Assembly: GCA_964016885.1 (NCBI GenBank)
Contig: OZ024742.1
Span: 375,224,001-375,288,000, forward strand
Length of the DNA: 64,000 nucleotides
Direction: 5' to 3'
From: Eledone cirrhosa
Lineage: Eukaryota
This document shows, piece after piece, positions 1 through 14,900 of this stretch; position 1 is the stretch's first letter; every line of letters begins with the position of its first letter. Under the pieces are notes generated by a model, which made no database searches, was not told the origin of the DNA, and worked only from the letters and a program-made list of their open reading frames with translations. Both the position numbers and the translations under genes were made by a program.

Positions 1-3000
1 GTGTATATATTACTGTATTTCTAGTGTATATATATTACTGTATTCCTAGTGTATACATATTACTGTGTTTCTAGTGTATATATTACTGTATTCCTAGTGT
101 ATATATATTACTGTATTTCTAGCGTATATATATTACTGTATTTCTAGTGTATATATATTACTGTATTCCTAGTGTATATATATTACTGTATTTCTAGTGT
201 ATATATATTACTGTATTCCTAGTGTATATATTACTGTATTCCTAGTGTATATATATTACTTTATTTCTAGTGTATATATATTACTGTATTCCTAGTGTAT
301 ATAATACTGTATTTCTAGTGTATATATATTATTGTATTCCTAGTATATATATCTGTATTCCTAGTGTATATATATTACTGTATTCCTACTGTATATATAT
401 TACTGTATTTCTAGTGTATATATATTACTGTATTCTTAGTGTATATATATTACTATATTTCTAGTGTATATATATATTACTGTATTCCTAGTGTATATAT
501 TACTGTGTTTCTAGTGTATATATATTACTGTATTTCTAGTGTATATATATTACTGTATTCCTAGTGTATATATTACTGTGTTTCTAGTGTATATATATTA
601 CTGTGTTTCTAGTGTATATATATTACTGTATTCCTAGTGTATATTTAACTGTGTTTCTAGTGTATATATATTACTGTATTCCTAGTGTATATATATTACT
701 GTATTCCTAGTGTATATATATTACTGTATTTCTAGTGTATATATATTACTGTATTTCTAGTGTATATATATTACTGTATTCCTAGTGTATATATATTACT
801 GTATTTCTAGTGTATATATATTACTGTATTCCTAGTGTATATATTACTGTATTCCTAGTGTATATATATTACTTTATTTCTAGTGTATATATATTATTGT
901 ATTCCTAGTGTATATATTACTGTATTCCTAGTGTATATATATTACTTTATTTCTAGTGTATATATATGACTGTGTTTCTAGTGTATATATATTACTGTAT
1001 TTCTAGTGTATATATATTACTGTATTCCTAGTGTATATATATTACTGTATTTCTAGTATATATATATTACTGTATTTCTAGTGTATATATATATTACTGT
1101 ATTCCTAGTGTATATATTACTGTGTTTCTAGTGTATATATGTTACTGTATTTCTAGTGTATATATATTACTGTATTCCTAGTGTATATATATATCTGTAT
1201 TCCTAGTGTATATATATTACTGTATTTCTGATGTATATATATTACTGTATTTCTAGTGTATATATTTACCATATTTCTAGTGTATATATATTACTGTATT
1301 TCTAGTGTATATATATTACTGTATTCCTAGTGTATATATATTACTGTATTCCTAGTGTATATATATATCTGTATTCCTAGTGTATATATATTACTGTATT
1401 CCTAGTGTATATATATTACTGTATTTCTAGTGTATATATATTACTGTATTCCTAGTGTATATATTACTGTATATCTAGTGTATATATTACTGTATTTCTA
1501 GTGTATATATATTAATGTATTTCTAGTGTATATATTACTGTATTCCTAGTGTATATATATTACTGTATTTCTAGTGTATATATTACTGTATTCCTAGTGT
1601 ATATATATTACTGTATTTCTAGTGTATATATTACTGTATTTCTCGTGTATATATATTACTGTATTTCTAGTGTATATATATTACTGTATTCCTAGTATAT
1701 ATATATATCTGTATTCCTAGTTTATATATATTACTGTATTTCTGGTGTATATATATTACTGTATTTCTAGTGTATATATTTACTGTATTTCTAGTGTATA
1801 TATCTTACTGTATTTCTAGTGTATATATATTACTGTATTCCTAGTGTATATATATTACTGTATTTCTAGTGTATATATATTACTGTATTCCTAGTGTATA
1901 TATATTACTGTATTCCTAGTGTATATATATATTTGTATTCCTAGTGTATATATATTACTGTATTCCTAGTGTATATATATTACTGTATTTCTAGTGTATA
2001 TATATTACTGTATTCCTAGTGTATATATTACTGTATATCTATTGTATATATTACTGTATTTCTAGTGTATATATATTACTGTATTTCTAGTGTATATATA
2101 TTAATGTATTTCTAGTGTATATATATTACTGTATTCCTAGTGTATATATATTACTGTATTTCTAGTGAATATATATTACTGTATTTCTAGTGTATATATG
2201 TTACTGTATTTCTATTGTACATATATATTTGTATTCCTACTCTATTTATATTACTGTATTCCTAGTGTATATATATTACTGTATTCCTAGTGTATATATA
2301 TTACTGTATTTCTAGTGTATATATATTACTGCATTTCTAGTGTATATATATTACTGTATTCCTAGTGTATATATATTACTGTATTTCTAGTGTATATATA
2401 TTACTGTATTTCTAGTGTATATATGTTACTGTATTTCTATTGTACATATATATTTGTATTCCTACTCTATTTATATTACTGTATTCCTAGTGTATATATA
2501 TTACTGTATTCCTAGTGTATATATATTACTGTATTTCTAGTGTATATATATTACTGTATTTCTAGTGTATATATATTACTGTATTTCTAGTGTATATATA
2601 TTACTGTATTTCTAGTGTATATATGTTACTGTATTTCTAGTGTGTATATATTACTGTATTCCTAGTGTATATATATTACTGTATTCCTAGTGTATATATA
2701 TATCTGTATTCCTAGTGTATATATATTAATGTATTCCTAGTATATATATATTAGTGTTTCTAGTGTATATATATTACTGTATTTGTAGTGTATATATATT
2801 ACTGTATTTCTAGTGTATATATATTACTGTATTTCTAGTGTATATATTACTGTATTTCTAGTTTATATATATTACTGTATTTCTAGTGTATATATATTAC
2901 TGTATTTCTAATATATATATATTACTGTATTTCTGCTGTATATATATTACTGTGTTTCTAGTGTATATATATTACGGTATTTCTACTGTATATATATTAC

Positions 3001-6000
3001 TGTATTTCTAGTGTATATATATTACTGTATTTCTAGTGTATATATATTACTGTATTTGTAGTGTATACATATTACTGTATTTCTAGTGTATATATATTAC
3101 TGTATTTCTAGTGTATATATTACTGTATTTCTAGTATATATATATTACTGTATTTCGAGTGTATATATATTACTGTATTTCTAGTGTATATATTACTGTA
3201 TTTCTAGTATATATATTACTGTATTCCTAGTGTATATATTACTGTATTCCTAGTGTATATATATTACTGTATTTCTAGTGTATATATATTACTGTATTCC
3301 TAGTGTATATATATTACTGTATTCCTAGTGTATATATATATCTGTATTCCTAGTGTATATATATTACTGTATTTCTAGTGTATATATTACTGTATTTCTC
3401 GTGTATATATATTACTGTATTTCTAGTGTATATATATTAATGTATTCCTAGTGTATATATATATCTGTATTCCTAATGTATATATATTACTGTATTTCTG
3501 GTGTATATATTTACCGTATTTCTAGTGTATATATCTTACTGTATTTCTAGTGTATATATATTACTGTATTTCTAGTGTATATATCTTACTGTATTTCTAG
3601 TGTATATATATTAATGTATTCCTAGTGTATATATCTTACTGTATTTCTAGTGTATATATATTACTGTATTCCTAGTGTATATATATTACTGTATTCCTAG
3701 TGTATATATATTACTGTATTCCTAGTGTATATATATATCTGTATTCCTAGTGTATATATATTACTGTATTCCTAGTGTATATATATTACTGTATTTCTAG
3801 TGTCTATATATTACTGTATTCCTAGTGTATATATTACTGTATATCTAGTGTATATATTACTGTATTTCTAGTGTATATATATTAATGTATTTCTAGTGTA
3901 TATATATTACTGTATTTCTAGTGTATATATATTACTGTATTCCTAGTGTATATATATTACTGTATTTCTAGTGTATATATATTACTGTATTTCTAGTGTA
4001 TATATATTACTGTATTTCTAGTGTATATATATTACTGTATTCCTAGTGTATATATATTACTGTATTTCTAGTGTATATATATTACTGTATTTCTAGTATA
4101 TATATATGACTGTATTTCTAGTGTATATATATTACTGTATTTCTAGTGTATATATATTACTGTATTTCTAGTGTATATATATTACTGTATTTCTAGTGTA
4201 TATATTACTGTATTTCTCGTGTATATATATTACTGTATTTCTAGTGTATATATATTACTGTATTCCTAGTATATATATATATCTGTATTCCTAGTGTATA
4301 TATATTACTGTATTTCTGGTGTATATATATTACAGTATTTCTAGTGTATATATATTACTGTATTTCTAGTGTATATATATTACTGTATTTCTAGTGTATA
4401 TATATTACTGTATTTCTAGTGTATATATATTACTGTATTTCTAGTGTATATATCTTACTGTATTTCTAGTGTATATATATTACTGTATTTCTAGTGTATA
4501 TATATTACTGTATTCCTAGTGTATATATATTACTGTATTTCTAGTGTATATATATTACTGTATTCCTAGTGTATATATTACTGTATTCCTAGTGTATATA
4601 TATTACTGTATTCCTAGTGTATATATTACTGTATTCCTAGTGTATATATATTACTTTATTTCTAGTGTATATATATTATTGTATTCCTAGTGTATATATT
4701 ACTGTATTCCTAGTGTATATATATTACTTTATTTCTAGTGTATATATATGACTGTGTTTCTAGTGTATATATATTACTGTATTTCTAGTGTATATATATT
4801 ACTGTATTCCTAGTGTATATATATTACTGTATTTCTAGTATATATATATTACTGTATTTCTAGTGTATATATATATTACTGTATTCCTAGTGTATATATT
4901 ACTGTGTTTCTAGTGTATATATGTTACTGTATTTCTAGTGTATATATATTACTGTATTCCTAGTGTATATATATATCTGTATTCCTAGTGTATATATATT
5001 ACTGTATTTCTGATGTATATATATTACTGTATTTCTAGTGTATATATTTACCATATTTCTAGTGTATATATATTACTGTATTTCTAGTGTATATATATTA
5101 CTGTATTCCTAGTGTATATATATTACTGTATTCCTAGTGTATATATATATCTGTATTCCTAGTGTATATATATTACTGTATTCCTAGTGTATATATATTA
5201 CTGTATTTCTAGTGTATATATATTACTGTATTCCTAGTGTATATATTACTGTATATCTAGTGTATATATTACTGTATTTCTAGTGTATATATATTAATGT
5301 ATTTCTAGTGTATATATTACTGTATTCCTAGTGTATATATATTACTGTATTTCTAGTGTATATATTACTGTATTCCTAGTGTATATATATTACTGTATTT
5401 CTAGTGTATATATTACTGTATTTCTCGTGTATATATATTACTGTATTTCTAGTGTATATATATTACTGTATTCCTAGTATATATATATATCTGTATTCCT
5501 AGTTTATATATATTACTGTATTTCTGGTGTATATATATTACTGTATTTCTAGTGTATATATTTACTGTATTTCTAGTGTATATATCTTACTGTATTTCTA
5601 GTGTATATATATTACTGTATTCCTAGTGTATATATATTACTGTATTTCTAGTGTATATATATTACTGTATTCCTAGTGTATATATATTACTGTATTCCTA
5701 GTGTATATATATATCTGTATTCCTAGTGTATATATATTACTGTATTCCTAGTGTATATATATTACTGTATTTCTAGTGTATATATATTACTGTATTCCTA
5801 GTGTATATATTACTGTATATCTATTGTATATATTACTGTATTTCTAGTGTATATATATTACTGTATTTCTAGTGTATATATATTAATGTATTTCTAGTGT
5901 ATATATATTACTGTATTCCTAGTGTATATATATTACTGTATTTCTAGTGTATATATATTACTGTATTTCTAGTGTATATATGTTACTGTATTTCTATTGT

Positions 6001-8584
6001 ACATATATATTTGTATTCCTACTCTATTTATATTACTGTATTCCTAATGTATATATATTACTGTATTCCTAGTGTATATATATTACTGTATTTCTAGTGT
6101 ATATATATTACTGCATTTCTAGTGTATATATATTACTGTATTCCTAGTTTATATATATTACTGTATTTCTAGTGTATATATATTACTGTATTTCTAGTGT
6201 ATATATGTTACTGTATTTCTATTGTACATATATATTTGTATTCCTACTCTATTTATATTACTGTATTCCTAGTGTATATATATTACTGTATTCCTAGTGT
6301 ATATATATTACTGTATTTCTAGTGTATATATATTACTGTATTTCTAGTGTATATATATTACTGTATTTCTAGTGTATATATATTACTGTATTTCTAGTGT
6401 ATATATGTTACTGTATTTCTAGTGTGTATATATTACTGTATTCCTAGTGTATATATATTACTGTATTCCTAGTGTATATATATATCTGTATTCCTAGTGT
6501 ATATATATTAATGTATTCCTAGTATATATATATTAGTGTTTCTAGTGTATATATATTACTGTATTTGTAGTGTATATATATTACTGTATTTCTAGTGTAT
6601 ATATATTACTGTATTTCTAGTGTATATATTACTGTATTTCTAGTTTATATATATTACTGTATTTCTAGTGTATATATATTACTGTATTTCTAATATATAT
6701 ATATTACTGTATTTCTGCTGTATATATATTACTGTGTTTCTAGTGTATATATATTACGGTATTTCTACTGTATATATATTACTGTATTTCTAGTGTATAT
6801 ATATTACTGTATTTCTAGTGTATATATATTACTGTATTTGTAGTGTATACATATTACTGTATTTCTAGTGTATATATATTACTGTATTTCTAGTGTATAT
6901 ATTACTGTATTTCTAGTATATATATATTACTGTATTTCTAGTGTATATATATTACTGTATTTCTAGTGTATATATTACTGTATTTCTAGTATATATATTA
7001 CTGTATTCCTAGTGTATATATTACTGTATTCCTAGTGTATATATATTACTGTATTTCTAGTGTATATATATTACTGTATTCCTAGTGTATATATATTACT
7101 GTATTCCTAGTGTATATATATATCTGTATTCCTAGTGTATATATATTACTGTATTTCTAGTGTATATATTACTGTATTTCTCGTGTATATATATTACTGT
7201 ATTTCTAGTGTATATATATTAATGTATTCCTAGTGTATATATATATCTGTATTCCTAATGTATATATATTACTGTATTTCTGGTGTATATATTTACCGTA
7301 TTTCTAGTGTATATATCTTACTGTATTTCTAGTGTATATATATTACTGTATTTCTAGTGTATATATCTTACTGTATTTCTAGTGTATATATATATCTGTA
7401 TTCCTAGTGTATATATATTACTGTATTCCTAGTGTATATATATTACTGTATTCCTAGTGTATATATATATCTGTATTCCTAGTGTATATATATTACTGTA
7501 TTCCTAGTGTATATATATTACTGTATTTCTAGTGTCTATATATTACTGTATTCCTAGTGTATATATTACTGTATATCTAGTGTATATATTACTGTATTTC
7601 TAGTGTATATATATTAATGTATTTCTAGTGTATATATATTACTGTATTTCTAGTGTATATATATTACTGTATTCCTAGTGTATATATATTACTGTATTTC
7701 TAGTGTATATATATTACTGTATTTCTAGTGTATGTATATTACTGTATTTCTAGTGTATATATTACTGTATTTCTAGTGTATATATATTACTGTATTCCTA
7801 GTGTATATATATTACTGTATTTCTAGTGTATATATATTACTGTATTTCTAGTATATATATATGACTGTATTTCTAGTGTATATATATTACTGTATTTCTA
7901 GTGTATATATATTACTGTATTTCTAGTGTATATATATTACTGTATTTCTAGTGTATATATTACTGTATTTCTCGTGTATATATATTACTGTATTTCTAGT
8001 GTATATATATTACTGTATTCCTAGTATATATATATATCTGTATTCCTAGTGTATATATATTACTGTATTTCTGCTGTATATATATTACAGTATTTCTAGT
8101 GTATATATATTACTGTATTTCTAGTGTATATATATTACTGTATTTCTAGTGTATATATATTACTGTATTTCTAGTGTATATATATTACTGTATTTCTAGT
8201 GTATATATCTTACTGTATTCCTAGTGTATATATATTACTGTATTCCTAGTGTATATATATTACTGTATTCCTAGTGTATATATATATCTGTATTCCTAGT
8301 GTATATATATTACTGTATTCCTAGTGTATATATATTACTGTATTTCTAGTATATATATTACTGTATTCCTAGTGTATATATTACTGTATTCCTAGTGTAT
8401 ATATATTACTGTATTTCTAGTGTATATATATTACTGTATTCCTAGTGTATATATATTACTGTATTTCTAGTGTATATATATTACTGTATTCCTAGTGTAT
8501 ATATATTACTGTATTTCTAGTGTATATATATTACTGTATTTCTAGTGTATATATATTACTGTATTCCTAGTGTATATATATTAC

Positions 8585-11500
8585 ACGTGAAGCGCCAACC
8601 CAGAGACCCTCCCCTACGAGTGTCGACAGACGCCCAAAACTCCGAGTTGGTACCATCAATGTAGGCTCAATGAAAGGAAGAGCAGGAGAAATCGTAGAAA
8701 TGCTAGAGCGAAAGGAAGTTGATGTATGCTGTGTGCAAGAGACTAGATGGAGAGGAGGGTCTGCTAGAGTCCTTGTAGGAAAAAGCCAGTGCTACAAATT
8801 TTTCTGGGTGGGAAATGACGATGGGATGGGTGGTGTAGGTATACTATTAGCTGACAAGTGGGTAGATAAAGTAATCTCAGTGTACAGGGTAAATGCAAGA
8901 ATCATTAAACTCAGACTAGTCCTGAATAAGACAATTACCACAATAATATCAGCTTACGCACCCCAATCGGGGCTGCCAGACGAACTTAAGGATAGGTTTT
9001 ACGAGTCCCTAATACACACTACTGCTCTAACAGACGACAAGGACTTCCTAATCATTGCAGGAGATTTTAACGGACACGTAGGTAAACACTGCGACGGCTT
9101 CAATAGAGTACATGGAGGCCATGGAGTTGGCACAAGGAATGAGGAAGGATTCAGACTTCTAGAATTCTGCGACGCCAATGACATGTCGATATGTAACACA
9201 AACTTTAAAAAACCCGACAACCACCTGATCACCTATAGATCAGGGGAGCACTCTAGTCAGTTAGATTTTATCCTCATCAGAGGACGTGACAGATGGACGG
9301 TCGTAAACACAAAAGCCTTCCCTAGTGAGGAATGTACATCCCAACATAGCTTAGTTGTCAGCGACCTCACGGTCAGAACTAGACGAGCCCTGAAACAGAG
9401 GCCAACCTGGAGAAGAAAGATCTGGAAGCTGAAAGTCCCCTCAACCAGTAACAGATTTAAAGATATTTTACTCAACGCCTACGACAGTAAAGAAGAACAG
9501 ATAGAGACATTTAACGTAGAAGAGAACTGGGAGTTCCTAAAAAATAACTTACTAGAGGCGACGGATGAGGTTTGTGGCTGGAGTAAGACCTCAAGCAGGA
9601 GGAGAGTGACTTGGTGGTGGAACAATAAGGTAGATGAAGCAGTCAAGGCCAAGAGACAGGCATGGAAAGAATGGAAGAACGGGGGGAGCAGGGTACATTA
9701 CATAGAGACCAAGAGGGAAGCTAGGCGACAAGTATACTTAGCTAGGAGGGAAGCAGAGGATAGAAAATTCAAGCATGTTTTACAACGTGAGGACCAGAAA
9801 CAGGAGGTATTCAAGATTGCGAGGCAGTGTGTCAGAGATAGTTGTGATGTCATTGGAGAGAAGTGTATCCGGAATGATAAAGGTGAGCTTGCCCTCACAA
9901 GTGCTGAGAAGAAAGATGCATGGAAGAGTCATTATGATAGATTACTAAATGAGGAGAATGCATGGGAAGAAGAGACCCTACCCCACGTAGACCCTATAGA
10001 GGGACCAGCAGTACAAGTCAGCGGCAGCGTAGTAAGTAAGGCAATCAGAGATATGAAGATAGGGAAGGCAACCGGTCCATCGGGTATAGCTGCCGAGATG
10101 CTGAAGGCATCTGGGTCTGTAGGTCACACTATAACCACACGTATCGTTAACCAGGTAATACTAGAGGGGGCCATACCAAAAGATTGGTGCAGTAGCATCA
10201 TTGTCAACTGCTACAAAGGTAAAGGCGATGCACTAGATAGAGGAAACTATAGAGGTATAAAGTTGATGGACCAGGTCATGAAAGTAACAGAAAGAGTTAT
10301 AGCACAGCTGATTAGGGACCGGGTGAATATAGACGAGATGCAATTTGGGTTTGTACCAGGGAAAGGCACCACTGATGCGCTCTTCCTTGTGAGGCAATTA
10401 CAGGAAAAGTACCTAGCTAAAAGTAAGCCACTCTACTTGGCATTTGTCGACCTTGAGAAAGCCTTTGACAGAGTTCCACGTGCAGTAATCTGGTGGGCTC
10501 TTAGAAAACTAGGAGTAGATGAATGGCTTGTGAAAGCGGTACAAGCCATGTATAGGGGAGCAGTCAGCAAAGTTAGGATTGGCAATGAGTATAGCGAGGA
10601 ATTTAGCGTACAGGTTGGGGTCCACCAGGGCTCTGTTCTTAGCCCTCTCCTGTTCATCATAGTCCTGCAGGCAATAACGTAGGAGTTTAAGACCGGATGC
10701 CCATGGGAACTCCTGTATGCTGATGACCTCGCACTCATAGCTGAATCTATGGTAGAACTAGAGAATAAATTCCAAACCTGGAAGCAGGGACTAGAGAGAA
10801 AGGGCCTCAAAGTCAACATGACAAAGACTAAGGTCCTTATAAGTAGACGAGAAAACAGAACCCAGATCCCCTCAGGGAAATGGCCTTGCTCAGTATGTAG
10901 GAAAGGTGTAGGTAGGAACTCCATTCTTTGCCCCAAATGCAAACAATGGGTACACAAGAGATGTAGCGGGATCTCAGGAAGCTTAATTAAGAATGTAGGA
11001 TTCACATGCAGCAGCTGTGCTGAAACAGCAAGCAAACAGCCACAGGAAACAAGTACCACCAATCTCTGGGAGGGCCCTGTAGAAACAGTAGACAGCTTCT
11101 GCTACCTAGGTGACCGAATTAGCAACGGAGGTGGGTGCTCAGAAAGTACAATAACTAGGGTAAGAACGGGATGGAAGAAGTTTAGGGAACTACTACCACT
11201 GCTAGCTGCAAAAGGCTTCTCCCTCAGAATGAAAGGCAGACTGTATGATGCGTGTATCCGAACAGCGATGTTGCATGGTAGTGAGACCTGGGCGCTGAAG
11301 GTGGAAGACTTACGTAGATTAGAGAGAAACGAAGCCTGCATGCTCCGATGGATGTGTAACAGTAATATACGTGAACGACAAAGCATAAATGAATTGAGAG
11401 AGAGACTGAGCATAAGAGGAATCAAATGCTGCGTGCAGGAGAGGCGGTTACGCTGGTATGGACATGTGATGCGTATGAAGGATGACAGCTGCATAAAAAG

Positions 11501-11980
11501 GTGCAGAGCACTAGAAGTTGATGGAAACCGCGGAGTGGGGAGACCCAAGATGACTTGGGATGAGATGATAAAAGCCGACTTTACCCAACTACACCTCTCA
11601 AAGTCAATGACACACGACCGTGACCTCTGGCGTCACGCAGTAATACAGGGTACCCGACCTCCCATGGGTACATGCTGAAGCATATAAACAATATGCCCCC
11701 CCCCCCCCCCACCGCAAGGTGGTCGTGGAGGTGCCACGGCAAAAAAGCACCCAGCCCACACTGTAAAGTGGACGTGTAGGCGCCACGAAAAAGCACCCAG
11801 CACTCACTGTAAATGAGGTTGGTGTTAGGAAGGGCATCCAGCTGTAGAAATCAAGCCAGATCAGTTCCTGTATGAGCAAGGCATGGTCAGCCGACCAGAC
11901 ACTGCCCACAACAGGACAACCCGTCTAACCCATGCTAGCGTGGAAGAACGGACGTAAAACGGTGATGATGATGATGATGA
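8585..11980 (+). mobile_element. RTE-clade non-LTR retrotransposon, 5'-truncated just upstream of the endonuclease, with a 3' UTR and (GAT)n tail
   Basis: APE motifs (LRVGTINVGSM, VCCVQETRW, IAGDFNGHVG, SQLDFIL, SQHSLV), RT motifs (QFGF, AFVDLEKAFDRV, GVHQGSVLSPLLF, LLYADDL), RTE-type C-terminus (RRLRWYGHVMR, GRPKMTW) and a GATGATGAT tail at about 11964-11980. Confidence 0.96.
8586..11678 (+). pseudogene. RTE ORF (APE endonuclease + reverse transcriptase + PHD-like Cys/His finger) broken by one in-frame TAG at 10680-10682
   Basis: Track ORFs 8670-10682 and 10749-11678 share a frame. The gap reads IT*EFKTGCPWELLYADDL. The frame is open back to the satellite junction with no upstream ATG. Confidence 0.93.
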
Positions 11981-14900
11981 TTTCTAGTGTATATATATTA
12001 CTGTATTTCTAGTGTATATATATTACTGTATTTCTAGTGTATATATATTACTGTATTTCTAGTGTATATATATAACTGTATTTCTAGTGTATATATATTA
12101 TCGTATTCCTAGTGTATATATATTACTGTATTTCTAGTGTATATATATTATTGTATTCCTAGTGTATATATATTACTGTATTTCTAATATATATATATTA
12201 CTGTATTTCTGCTGTATATATATTACTGTGTTTCTAGTGTATATATATTACGGTATTTCTACTGTATATATATTACTGTATTTCTAGTGTATATATATTA
12301 CTGTATTTCTAGTGTATATATATTACTGTATTTATAGTGTATATATAGTACTGTATTTCTAGTGTATATATATTACTGTATTTCTAGTGTATATATTACT
12401 GTATTTCTAGTATATATATATTACTGTATTTCTAGTGTATATATATTACTGTATTTCTAGTATATATATTACTGTATTCCTAGTGTATATATTACTGTAT
12501 TCCTAGTGTATATATATTACTGTGTTTCTAGTGTATATATATTACTGTATTCCTAGTGTATATATATTACTGTATTTCTAGTGTATATATATTACTGTAT
12601 TTCTAGTGTATATATATTACTGTATTTCTAGTGTATATATATATTACTGTATTTCTAGTGTATATATATTACTGTATTCCTAGTGTATATATATTACTGT
12701 ATTCCTAGTGTATATATATATCTGTATTCCTAGTGTATATATATTACTGTATTCCTAGTGTATATATATTACTGTATTTCTAGTGTATATATATTACTGT
12801 ATTTCTAGTGTATATATATTACTGTATTCCTAGTGTATATAATACTGTATTTCTAGTGTATATATATTATTGTATTCCTAGTATATATATCTGTATTCCT
12901 AGTGTATATATATTACTGTATTCCTAGTGTATATATATTACTGTATTTCTAGTGAATATATATTACTGTATTCTTAGTGTATATATATTACTGTATTTCT
13001 AGTGTATATATATATTACTGTATTCCTAGTGTATATATTACTGTGTTTCTAGTGTATATATATTACTGTATTTCTAGTGTATATATATTACTGTATTCCT
13101 AGTGTATATATATTACTTTATTTCTAGTGTATATATATTACTGTATTCCTAGTGTATATATTACTGTATTCCTAGTGTATATATATTACTTTATTTCTAG
13201 TGTATATATATTACTGTGTTTCTAGTGTATATATATTACTGTATTTCTAGTGTATATATATTACTGTATTCCTAGTGTATATATATTACTGTATTTCTAG
13301 TATATATATATTACTGTATTTCTAGTGTATATATATATTATTGTATTCCTAGTGTATATATTACTGTGTTTCTAGTGTATATATGTTACTGTATTTCTAG
13401 TGTATATATATTACTGTATTCCTAGTGTATATATATATATCTGTATTCCTAGTGTATATATATTACTGTATTTCTGGTGTATATATATTACTGTATTTCT
13501 AGTGTATATATTTACCATATTTCTAGTGTATATATATTACTGTATTTCTAGTGTATATATATTACTGTATTCCTAGTGTATATATATTACTGTATTCCTA
13601 GTGTATATATATATCTGTATTCCTAGTGTATATATATTACTGTATTCCTAGTGTATATATATTACTGTATTTCTAGTGTATATATATTACTGTATTCCTA
13701 GTGTATATATTACTGTATATCTAGTGTATATATTACTGTATTTCTAGTGTATATATTACTGTATTTCTAGTGTATATATATTACTGTATTCCTAGTGTAT
13801 ATATATTACTGTATTTCTAGTGTATATATATTACTGTATTCCTAGTGTATATATATTACTGTGTTTCTAGTGTATATATATTACTGTATTCCTAGTGTAT
13901 ATATATATCTGTATTCCTAGTGTATATATATTACTGTATTTCTAGTGTATATATATTACTGTATTTCAAGTGTATATATATTGCTGTATTTCTAGTGTAT
14001 ATATTACTGTATTTCTAGTGTAGATATTACTGTATTTCTAGTGTATATATTACTGTATTTCTAGTGTATATATATTACTGTATCTCTAGTGTATATATAT
14101 TACTGTATTTCTAGTGTATATATTACTGTATTCCTAGTGTATATATATTACTGTATTTCTAGTGTATATAGTACTGTATTTCTGGTGTATACATATTACT
14201 GTATTTCTAGTGTATATATTTACTGTATTTCTAGTGTATATATCTTACTGTATTTCTAGTGTATATATATTACTGTATTCCTAGTGTATATATATTACTG
14301 TATTTCTAGTGTATATATATTACTGTATTTCTAGTGTATATATATTACAGTATTCCCAGTGTATATATATTACTGTATTCCTAGTGTATATATATATCTG
14401 TATTCCTAGTGTATATATATTACTGTATTCCTAGTGTATATATATTACTGTATTTCTAGTGTATATATATTACTGTATTCCTAGTGTATATATTACTGTA
14501 TATCTATTGTATATATTACTGTATTTCTAGTGTATATATATTACTGTATTTCTAGTGTATATATATTACTGTATTTCTAGTGTATATATATTACTGTATT
14601 TCTAGTGTATATATATTACTGTATTTCTAGTGTATATATATTACTGTATTTCAAGTGTATATATGTTACTGTATTTCTAGTGTGTATATATTACTGTATT
14701 CCTAGTGTATATATATTACTGTATTCCTAGTGTATATATATATATCTGTATTCCTAGTGTATATATATTACTGTATTTCTAGTGTATATATATTACTGTA
14801 TTTCTAGTGTATATATGTTACTGTATTTGTAGTGTATATATATTACTGTATTTCTAGTGTATATATATTACTGTATTTCTAGTGTATATATATTAGTGTT

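Noticed and set aside
10680-10682. Programmed stop-codon read-through in the RTE ORF
   Set aside because: The stop lies inside the RT core between conserved motifs; a point mutation or base error is simpler.
8567-12001. 18-bp TSD CTAGTGTATATATATTAC around the LINE
   Set aside because: It cannot be distinguished from ordinary monomer repetition.
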